In this document: piece by piece, positions 56,188 through 64,000 of the stretch
How positions within the stretch are numbered: position 1 is the stretch's first letter
Layout of the letters: each line of letters opens with the position of its first letter
Source: a bacterium
GTDB taxonomy: Bacteria > UBA10199 > 2-02-FULL-50-16 > JAJFLM01
Length of the DNA: 64,000 bases
Direction of reading: 5' to 3'
NCBI GenBank assembly: GCA_965216315.1
Contig: CBDCFN010000016.1
Location: 448,001 to 512,000, forward strand
Notes under the pieces: generated by a model
The model's database searches: none
What the model saw: the letters and a program-made list of their open reading frames with translations, nothing else
What the model was told of the DNA's origin: nothing
Position numbers and translations under genes: made by a program

Positions 56188-57189
56188 ATGCGAAGTGAAA
56201 AATTAATTGTCGCCCTCGATTTCTCCAAAGAATCGGATGCCAAGGCGATGGTGCGGACTCTCAAAAAAGACGTAACGCTTTTTAAGATAGGTCTTCAGCT
56301 CTTTACAAAAGCAGGGCCGGCAATCATTAAGGCTGTGCAAAAAGGAGATCATAAAGTTTTTCTCGACCTCAAGTTTCACGATATTCCGCACACGGTGGCC
56401 AAATCAGTGATGGAAGCGACACAGCACGGTGTCTATATGCTCACGGTCCACGCGATGGGTGGCAAGGAAATGATGGAGCGGGCGGTCGAGGCGGCGAATG
56501 ACGCGGCCGAACAGCTGGGATTGATTCGACCGAAGATCGTTGCGGTGACGGTACCTACGAGTCGCCAAGATGTCGGCGAATTGGGGATTCAGGCCTCCGT
56601 TGAAGATACGGTTGTCAAGTTAGCCAAGCTGGCGCATGAGGCCGGATGTGATGGCGTGGTCTGTTCGCCACGTGAGATCAACGTGATACGAGCGGCCTGT
56701 GGGCCGGACTTTCTCATTGTAACGCCAGGGATTCGGCTTGGCGATGAAGAGGCCGATGATCAAAAGCGAGTGGACACGCCGAAAGCCGCCTTTGAAGCGG
56801 GTGCGAATTACATTGTGGTGGGGCGCCCCATTCTCAGGGCTTCGGATCCGGTGCGGGCGGTGCAAAAGATAAACGCGTCCGTCCATGGTCTCGATCCTCA
56901 TCTCGTGGCTGAGTCGGCTCCGGAAGAGGCCCCTCCACCTGAAGAGCCTGCGCCAGAAGTGACGGCCGAGCCAACGCCCGAGTCCGCACCTGAACCCGCA
57001 CTCGAGAAACCGGTAGAAGAAGTCACCGTAGCGCCTGCTGTTGAGGCAGGCGATGAAAACGAAGCCACCCTTAAGCTAGCGGAAGAGGCGGCGGAGGCAC
57101 CGGAAACTGCGGAACCATCGATTGCAGCGTCACCGGAGCCAGCGGCGGAACCGGTGGATGAGGGTGGCGAGACGCCGACAGGCAGCTGA
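56188..57189 (+). CDS. pyrF: Orotidine-5'-phosphate decarboxylase with acidic Pro/Ala-rich C-terminal tail
   Basis: 'LIVALD', 'FLDLKFHDIPHTV', 'VTPGIR', 'IVVGRPI'. Confidence 0.95.
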   Translation: MRSEKLIVALDFSKESDAKAMVRTLKKDVTLFKIGLQLFTKAGPAIIKAVQKGDHKVFLDLKFHDIPHTVAKSVMEATQHGVYMLTVHAMGGKEMMERAVEAANDAAEQLGLIRPKIVAVTVPTSRQDVGELGIQASVEDTVVKLAKLAHEAGCDGVVCSPREINVIRAACGPDFLIVTPGIRLGDEEADDQKRVDTPKAAFEAGANYIVVGRPILRASDPVRAVQKINASVHGLDPHLVAESAPEEAPPPEEPAPEVTAEPTPESAPEPALEKPVEEVTVAPAVEAGDENEATLKLAEEAAEAPETAEPSIAASPEPAAEPVDEGGETPTGS

Positions 57190-57281
57190 GGAGAAGAGAC
57201 CCCGTTTTTGGGTCTCGGCCCCTGTTAAGCACGTTCAAGTAGGCCGGGTGTTCCGGAACAGTTTCTTGAAAAATTTAATAA

Positions 57282-57336
57282 TATCAAATAGTTAAATAAT
57301 CTCCCTCTCTTGGGCCTATATGGCAGCTTATTTGCT
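57282..57336 (+). promoter_or_regulatory. IHF site plus sigma54 promoter
   Basis: TATCAAATAGTTA (57282..57294) and TGGCAGCTTATTTGCT (57321..57336, GG-N10-GC). Confidence 0.72.
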
Positions 57337-57348
57337 TTACTTAGGGGT

Positions 57349-57681
57349 ATGGATTTTCTGCGCCCCATCGCTGAGGAACAAGAGAGGCAGCCGGTCCCCG
57401 CCCTGAGCCCGGATGAAGCGGTCCAGCTCAGCACAGAGGTTCTGAGCCTCAAGCTTCAGCTAACGCAGGCGGCTATGTGCCACGAATATGCGCGCATGGA
57501 GTATGAGCGGTCGGTTTGTGTTATCCGACGGGGTGAACTCCTCGACGAAATGGAGATGTATCACGGTGACTACCTCGAGGCGCGAGCACGGCTCGGCCAC
57601 TGCAATCCGGCTCTCTTGTCTGAGTTAGAGTTGGAGATCCGTAGCCAAAAGACCCTTGTCTTTGGCTCACTTCATTCGTAA
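57349..57681 (+). CDS. Hypothetical helical protein (110 aa)
   Basis: ATG at 57349 directly after the sigma54 promoter. Confidence 0.65.
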   Translation: MDFLRPIAEEQERQPVPALSPDEAVQLSTEVLSLKLQLTQAAMCHEYARMEYERSVCVIRRGELLDEMEMYHGDYLEARARLGHCNPALLSELELEIRSQKTLVFGSLHS

Positions 57682-57778
57682 TAGGGGCTCGCGTCGCCCC
57701 CTCCACCGGCAAAGCCGGACGGAGCCTCCCCCTCTCACTCGCGTTGCTCGTTATTGACCAACATGTTATGCGACTTGG

Positions 57779-58516
57779 ATGCCCACGTATCTCGCAGGTC
57801 GCCATGCGGTTTTCCACGCCGTGAAGGCGGGACGACGTCCCGTGCGGACGATTTATTTGCAGGCAGGAATCAACGAGCGCGAAGTCCGGCCTTTACTTGA
57901 ATTGGCGCGGAGCCAGGGGATTCCCGTCGAGACAGTGCCCAAGGACTTTTTTGCGCGTCATTTGTCGGTGGAGACTCATCAGGGGGTCGCGGCGGCGGCT
58001 GAGGAGTTGCCGGTCATCGATCTGGAAGCCCTATTGGCAAAGCTGCCGAGTGAGGCTCCTCAGCGGCTCCTGCTGCTGGATAGCGTCGAGGACCCCCATA
58101 ATTTCGGGGCGCTGATGCGCTCGGCTCTTTCTTTCGGGTTTCAAGGGGTCATCTGGCCGCGGCGGCGGAGTGCGCCCCTTAGTGCGGTGGCCGTCAAGGC
58201 GGCCGCCGGCGCGGCCGAATATCTCCACTTAGTGCGCGTCGGCAATCTCAATCAAGCCATGGAGGCCCTCAAGGCACGACAATACTGGATCTATGGAAGC
58301 GTCGCTGAAGGGGGGCAAGACCCGCAAAGCGAGGATTTTCCTCGCTCCGCCGCTCTCGTTATAGGTTCAGAAGGACGCGGCCTCCATCGCCTGGTCCAGG
58401 AACGCTGTGATGCCCTATTGACGATACCCTGCGAGGGACCCCTTGAGTCACTTAATGCCTCCGTCGCGGGGGCCCTGCTCATGGCGGCGATGCGCTCGCA
58501 AAATCACTCGACTTAG
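57779..58516 (+). CDS. rlmB: 23S rRNA 2'-O-methyltransferase (TrmH/SpoU family)
   Basis: 'HQGVAA', 'LDSVEDPHNFGALMRSA', 'IGSEGRG', 'ESLNASVA'. Confidence 0.93.
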   Translation: MPTYLAGRHAVFHAVKAGRRPVRTIYLQAGINEREVRPLLELARSQGIPVETVPKDFFARHLSVETHQGVAAAAEELPVIDLEALLAKLPSEAPQRLLLLDSVEDPHNFGALMRSALSFGFQGVIWPRRRSAPLSAVAVKAAAGAAEYLHLVRVGNLNQAMEALKARQYWIYGSVAEGGQDPQSEDFPRSAALVIGSEGRGLHRLVQERCDALLTIPCEGPLESLNASVAGALLMAAMRSQNHST

Positions 58517-58539
58517 GTCTCCAAAGTGTCTAGAATTCC

Positions 58540-58569
58540 TTGACAAAATCTTTGGAACTCAATTAAAAC
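58540..58569 (+). promoter_or_regulatory. Possible sigma70 promoter of the tRNA-tuf operon
   Basis: TTGACA at 58540; TTAAAA/TAAAAC 17-18 nt downstream. Confidence 0.4.
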
Positions 58570-58725
58570 CCCTAAACCTTTTCGGTCTGAGGTCTGATTC
58601 AGTAGAGAAAGAAGAATTCCTTAATAATATCCACTGGTTAAGCTGGTCGGAAGGAGCTCTTTTTTTGCTGAAATTTTGTGCATTGGGTTGAGTGAAAAGG
58701 ATCGAGACGATGGCATTTTGGCTTG

Positions 58726-58798
58726 GCCGACGTAGCTCAGTTGGTAGAGCAACTGATTTGTAATCAGTAGGTCGCCGGTTCGACCCCGGCCGTCGGCT
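58726..58798 (+). tRNA. tRNA-Thr(TGT)
   Basis: Cloverleaf: GCCGACG/CGTCGGC acceptor, ACTGA-TTTGTAA-TCAGT, GGTTCGA; no encoded CCA. Confidence 0.96.
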
Positions 58799-58803
58799 CA
58801 CAT

Positions 58804-58880
58804 TTCGCGAAGTGAAAGCGCAGCTTCCACTTCGCTTGAGTTAAGGGGAAGAAAGACTCTCTCCCTTAACAACCCCCCAT
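58804..58880 (+). repeat. Structured repeat Y, copy 1 (inverted partner at 59010..59089)
   Basis: TTCGCG..GAAAGCGCAGCTTCC..AGTTAAGGG..CTCTCTCCCTTAACAA. Confidence 0.75.
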
Positions 58881-59009
58881 CGTGAGTGGGGAGTACAATT
58901 TGGGTTTTTAAATTTGGCTGGCCGGCCGCACGGGAGAGTGCGGCTTCGGTTCGGCCCCGTTCTTTTTAAATTGGGTACTTTTAGGGGGGGGAAATAACCG
59001 CTTCCACAG

Positions 59010-59089
59010 ATGAGGGATTGTTAAGGGAGAGAGCGGTATCTCTCCCTTGACTAAAGTCAAACGGAAGCTGTGCTTTCGTTTGGCGCGAA
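59010..59089 (-). repeat. Structured repeat Y, copy 2
   Basis: Reverse complement TTCGCG..GAAAGCACAGCTTCC..AGTCAAGGG..CTCTCTCCCTTAACAA. Confidence 0.75.
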
Positions 59090-59172
59090 GGAGAGATGCC
59101 CGAGTGGCTAAAGGGGGCAGGCTGTAAACCTGCTGGCTTCGGCCTACGGTGGTTCGAATCCACCTCTCTCCA
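59090..59172 (+). tRNA. tRNA-Tyr(GTA)
   Basis: GGAGAGA/TCTCTCC acceptor, GCAGG-CTGTAAA-CCTGC, long variable arm. Confidence 0.96.
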
Positions 59173-59173
59173 C

Positions 59174-59247
59174 GCGGGAGTAGCTCAGTTGGCTAGAGCA
59201 TCAGCCTTCCAAGCTGAGGGTCGCGGGTTCGAGCCCCGTCTCCCGCT
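59174..59247 (+). tRNA. tRNA-Gly(TCC)
   Basis: GCGGGAG/CTCCCGC acceptor, TCAGC-CTTCCAA-GCTGA. Confidence 0.96.
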
Positions 59248-59248
59248 C

Positions 59249-59321
<73 letters not shown>

Positions 59322-59377
59322 CAGTGATTTTTTAAATTGAGGTGAGGACTAAATTTAATTTCTGAAGGAGAGATCCC

Positions 59378-60568
<1,191 letters not shown>

Positions 60569-60575
60569 GGCAGTT

Positions 60576-60725
60576 ATGAGAATTATAATCCAACTCGAAT
60601 GCACGGAGTGTAAACGACGCAATTATTCGACGAAAAAGAATAAGCGCACCACGCCGGACCGTATTGAAATTAAGAAGTATTGTCCGACATGCCGTAAGCA
60701 CATTGTGCATAAGGAGACGAAGTAA
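60576..60725 (+). CDS. rpmG: 50S ribosomal protein L33 (Zn-ribbon type; 49 aa, below the ORF-track cutoff)
   Basis: Manual translation [49 protein letters not shown]; synteny. Confidence 0.95.
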   Translation: MRIIIQLECTECKRRNYSTKKNKRTTPDRIEIKKYCPTCRKHIVHKETK

Positions 60726-60743
60726 AGAGACCCTGCTCCCTGT

Positions 60744-60816
60744 AGGGGAGTAGCTCAATTGGTAGAGCACCGGTCTCCAAAACCGGGGGTTGCAGGTTCG
60801 ATCCCTGTCTCCCCTG
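60744..60816 (+). tRNA. tRNA-Trp(CCA)
   Basis: AGGGGAG/CTCCCCT acceptor, CCGGT-CTCCAAA-ACCGG. Confidence 0.96.
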
Positions 60817-60842
60817 CAGAGGGCAGGGGGAATGAGAAAAGG

Positions 60843-61217
60843 ATGCAGTCACAGAAGATAGTCAATTTATCACTGGTTCTTGCGGGAATCGGAGTCTTTT
60901 TATTCTTCAGTAATGCTTTTTCAGCGCTCTGGAGTCTAGCAAGTCTGCCGCGCATGCCCGAGTGGATTGTTACGCCTCCCGACATTCTGAGTTTTGTTGT
61001 GGTGGCGGCTGCAGGAATCATTGTCCGGCGACATAATAAGGCGAATACATTTTTGAATGAGGTAACCGTTGAGCTCTCAAAAGTGACCTGGCCTGACAAC
61101 AAGGAAACCGTCATTTCTACCGGTGTTAGCTGTGTGTTGGTTGTCATTTGTTCGGTGATCTTGTTCGGATTTGACAGTCTCTGGGGCGTGATCATGCGAG
61201 GGATCTTTTCGATATGA
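60843..61217 (+). CDS. secE: Preprotein translocase subunit SecE (3-TM type)
   Basis: 'FLNEVTVELSKVTWP'; lies between tRNA-Trp and nusG; start reassigned to 60843. Confidence 0.93.
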   Translation: MQSQKIVNLSLVLAGIGVFLFFSNAFSALWSLASLPRMPEWIVTPPDILSFVVVAAAGIIVRRHNKANTFLNEVTVELSKVTWPDNKETVISTGVSCVLVVICSVILFGFDSLWGVIMRGIFSI

Positions 61218-61750
61218 GTGAAGAGCATAAGTGGTATGTCGTACATACCTATTCCGGTTTTGAGCAGAAGGCCAAGATGGCTTTGGAGGAAAAAATTAAG
61301 TCGGCCAAGATGGACGAGATGTTCTCAGATATTTTGGTCCCTTCGGAATCATTGGTGGAGATCAAAAAAGGGGTCAAGAAGACGACAAGCCGTAAATTTT
61401 TTCCGGGGTACATGCTCGTTAAGATGGAGCTCAACGATTATACCTGGCACCTCGTAAAGAGTGTGCCAAAGGTAACTGGTTTTGTCGGGACGTCTCAGCG
61501 ACCCCCGAGCGTTCCCGATGAAGAAGTGGAAAGAATTACGACGCAGATTAGCGAAGGGACATTAAAGCCGAAACCGAAAATAAGTTTTGAAAAGGGTGAG
61601 AGTATCAGGGTGATCGATGGCCCATTCACCAATTTTAACGGGATTGTTGATGAGGTGAAGCCCGAAAAAGGCAAGGTAAAGGTCTTAGTAAGTATTTTTG
61701 GGCGTTCCACGCCGGTGGAACTCGATTTTATGCAGCTAGAAAAAAATTAA
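61214..61750 (+). CDS. nusG: Transcription termination/antitermination factor NusG
   Basis: 'WYVVHTYSGFE', 'FFPGY', KOW 'VIDGPF', 'IFGRSTPVELDF'. Confidence 0.98.
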   Translation: MSEEHKWYVVHTYSGFEQKAKMALEEKIKSAKMDEMFSDILVPSESLVEIKKGVKKTTSRKFFPGYMLVKMELNDYTWHLVKSVPKVTGFVGTSQRPPSVPDEEVERITTQISEGTLKPKPKISFEKGESIRVIDGPFTNFNGIVDEVKPEKGKVKVLVSIFGRSTPVELDFMQLEKN

Positions 61751-61830
61751 CGGAGTTTAGTCAAGCTTTAAGCTGTGCTTGAAGCGCGAAACAAATTCGT
61801 AGCGTAGCGAAGAAGTTGTGGAGTAAAAAG

Positions 61831-62262
61831 ATGGCACCCCCGAAGAAAGTCATGTCTTACATTAAATTGCAGTGTCCTGGCGGACAGGCTAATCCGTCCC
61901 CACCGGTTGGTCCGGCCCTAGGCCAACATGGCGTCAATATCATGGAGTTTTGCAAGGCCTTCAATGCAAAGACGCAAGATCAGCAAGGGACGATTTTCCC
62001 TGTTGTCATCACAGTATACGCAGATCGTTCGTTTACGTTTATTGTAAAGTCTCCACCGGCCAGTGTTTTGTTGATGAAAGCTCTCAAGGTCAAGAAGGGG
62101 TCCGGTACTCCCAATAAGAATAAAATTGGCAAGGTGACGCGTAAGCAGATCGAGGAAATAGTCGAAATAAAAAAGGACGATCTTAATGCCCGAGATGTGG
62201 ATGCGGCCGCCAAGATTATTGAAGGGACGGCGCGCAGCATGGGGATAGAGGTGGCAGGATAA
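61831..62262 (+). CDS. rplK: 50S ribosomal protein L11
   Basis: '[23 protein letters not shown]', 'GTARSMG'. Confidence 0.98.
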   Translation: MAPPKKVMSYIKLQCPGGQANPSPPVGPALGQHGVNIMEFCKAFNAKTQDQQGTIFPVVITVYADRSFTFIVKSPPASVLLMKALKVKKGSGTPNKNKIGKVTRKQIEEIVEIKKDDLNARDVDAAAKIIEGTARSMGIEVAG

Positions 62263-62942
62263 TGGGAAAAAAGTACGCAGTAGCGGCAGAAAAAGTCGAT
62301 CGTAACATCACCTATAGCTTAGAAGATGGGCTTAAGCTGGTTACGGAAACGAATGTTGCTAAGTTTGACGAGAGCGTCGATGTTGTTATCCGCTTGGGTG
62401 TTGATGCGCGCAAATCTGACCAGATGGTTCGTGGAGCCGTGACATTGCCGCAGGGTCTCGGCAAAGAAGTTCGCGTGGTTGTTTTTGCAAAAGGTGAAGC
62501 CGGAAATCAGGCAAGTGCTGCAGGCGCCGAGCATGTTGGGGTCGAGGATCTTGTCGAAAAGATTAATGGTGGTTGGACTGATTTTGATCGGGTGATTGCC
62601 ACTCCGGACCTGATGGCTCAGGTCAGTAAGTTAGGTCGCGTCTTGGGGCCGCGGGGTTTGATGCCTAATCCGAAGACGGGGACCGTGACGACGGATGTCG
62701 AAAAGGCCGTCAAGGAGGCTAAGCAAGGTAAGGTCCAGTTTAAAATCGATAAGGCGGGACTCGTGCACGCTTCAATTGGCAAAGTTAGTTTTGGCGGCGA
62801 GCGACTTAAAGAAAACCTCCATGCCTTGGTCGATGCACTGAAGCGGGCAAAGCCTGCGACAGCCAAGGGAGTTTATATTAGGAAAGTGTCGGTATCGACG
62901 ACAATGGGTCCGGGGATTACGTTGGATCGAAGTGTTTTCTAG
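62262..62942 (+). CDS. rplA: 50S ribosomal protein L1
   Basis: 'KFDESV', '[15 protein letters not shown]', 'TTMGPG'. Confidence 0.98.
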   Translation: MGKKYAVAAEKVDRNITYSLEDGLKLVTETNVAKFDESVDVVIRLGVDARKSDQMVRGAVTLPQGLGKEVRVVVFAKGEAGNQASAAGAEHVGVEDLVEKINGGWTDFDRVIATPDLMAQVSKLGRVLGPRGLMPNPKTGTVTTDVEKAVKEAKQGKVQFKIDKAGLVHASIGKVSFGGERLKENLHALVDALKRAKPATAKGVYIRKVSVSTTMGPGITLDRSVF

Positions 62943-62959
62943 GATGGGCGGAGACGGAT

Positions 62960-63475
62960 ATGAATCGAACTGAAAAACAAGCGAAGGTAGCGGAGCTTCA
63001 AGATCAATATAAAGCCGCGGCGGCGATCTTTTTGAGTGACTATCGTGGATTGACGGTCGCTGAAATGACCGAAATTCGTGATGAACTGATGAAAGTTCAA
63101 TCACGGATGCAGGTCGTGAAAAATCGTTTAATGAAACGAGCCCTGGCGGATGCCTCTGTTTCGGAATTGGATGAGCATTTAACGGGGCCAACAGCGATTG
63201 CTTTTGTTGATGAAGATCCTGTCGGAGCGGCCAAGGTGCTGGCCAAATTCCAGAAAGAGTTTGAGGCTCTAGAGATTAGAGCGGGGGTCATGAAGGGTGA
63301 GGTTATCGATGCCAAGCAAATCGAAGCCCTTTCAAAGCTGCCTTCAAGAGAAGAGCTTTATGCAAAATTATTGGGAACTTTGTCAGCCCCGGCGAGCAAT
63401 ATGGTTCGGGTCTTACAAGGTAATGCTGAAAAATTAGTAAGAGTTCTCGCCGCCGTGCGAGACACAAAGGAATAG
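62960..63475 (+). CDS. rplJ: 50S ribosomal protein L10
   Basis: 'DYRGLTV', 'VVKNRL', 'LPSREEL'. Confidence 0.97.
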   Translation: MNRTEKQAKVAELQDQYKAAAAIFLSDYRGLTVAEMTEIRDELMKVQSRMQVVKNRLMKRALADASVSELDEHLTGPTAIAFVDEDPVGAAKVLAKFQKEFEALEIRAGVMKGEVIDAKQIEALSKLPSREELYAKLLGTLSAPASNMVRVLQGNAEKLVRVLAAVRDTKE

Positions 63476-63494
63476 GAAGTTTTAGGAGGAAATT

Positions 63495-63872
63495 ATGGCT
63501 ACGGTATCTCGTGAAGACATCGTTGAATCACTAAAGGCCATGCCGCTTCTCGAAGTGGCCGAGCTGGTCAAAGAACTCGAAGACGTTTTTGGCGTTTCTG
63601 CAGCGGCTCCCGTTGCGGTAGCTGCTGCGGCTGCGGGTGGTGAAGCAGCGGCTGAGGAAAAGGATTCTTTCGACGTTGTATTAGCTGCTGCGGGCGACAA
63701 TAAGATCGGAGCGATCAAAGAAGTTCGTGCGATTACAGGACTTGGTCTCAAAGAAGCTAAGGATCTGGTTGAAGGAGCACCTAAGGCAATTAAAGAAGGT
63801 GTGCCGAAGGAAGAGGCGGAAAAACTTAAAGAGCAGCTCGAAAAGGCTGGCGCAAAGGTCGAGCTTAAGTAG
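63495..63872 (+). CDS. rplL: 50S ribosomal protein L7/L12
   Basis: '[12 protein letters not shown]', '[15 protein letters not shown]'. Confidence 0.98.
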   Translation: MATVSREDIVESLKAMPLLEVAELVKELEDVFGVSAAAPVAVAAAAAGGEAAAEEKDSFDVVLAAAGDNKIGAIKEVRAITGLGLKEAKDLVEGAPKAIKEGVPKEEAEKLKEQLEKAGAKVELK

Positions 63873-63994
63873 GAGTGCCTACTTTATTGAGGGTTCCTCA
63901 AAAGGGTTCCCGGTCTGTTCTTGAGAAAATGAGTAGCGACAAGGGGCGCACGTGCGCCCTAGCGCTGTTTGAATGTAATTAAAGAGAGGTCTTT

Positions 63995-64000
63995 ATGCCC
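63995..64000 (+). CDS. Probable start of RNA polymerase beta subunit (only 2 codons visible)
   Basis: GAGG RBS + ATG after rplL; identity as rpoB rests on synteny only. Confidence 0.4.

Noticed and set aside
57196..57216. Intrinsic terminator after pyrF
   Set aside because: Hairpin GAGACCC/GGGTCTC has no following U-tract
60759..60842. N-terminal extension of SecE in the ORF track
   Set aside because: It runs through tRNA-Trp; the ATG at 60843 gives a normal 3-TM SecE

Overview
Chromosomal window from a deltaproteobacteria-grade bacterium. This is an inference from MYXO-CTERM-like tails, a Myxococcus-type Cys-rich repeat, an extended S41 protease and futalosine-pathway mqnD. The left end (1-8.2 kb) is a tandem array of at least six mosaic LamG/concanavalin-like lipoprotein paralogues. 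The middle mixes housekeeping genes (ino1, comM, trxB, ssb, pal-cpoB, a Gld-type ABC system, prmA, mqnD, ilvD, aroE, ribF, ispG, proS, pyrF, rlmB) with orphan or secreted-protein genes. The right end is the conserved tRNA-tuf-rpmG-tRNA-Trp-secE-nusG-rplK-rplA-rplJ-rplL-(rpoB) cluster. The strongest signal not explained by gene calls is a recurring promoter-like motif, RCAAC-N16-CGA, which has sigma28/FliA geometry but a different -35 box. It lies upstream of seven non-housekeeping units: four LamG units, a 113-aa orphan, a 1066-aa protein containing a divergent glycerol-3-phosphate dehydrogenase domain, and a 582-aa low-complexity protein. Together these form a candidate dedicated export or cell-interaction regulon. 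Other highlights are a duplicated partner-protein plus metzincin module, a TM-less 'GCSLIR' C-terminus, an Aur1-like synthase near ino1, and several intergenic structured elements with compensatory base changes. No CRISPR array, rRNA, reverse transcriptase, integrase or transposase was seen. All family assignments come from motif recognition by eye; no searches were run.
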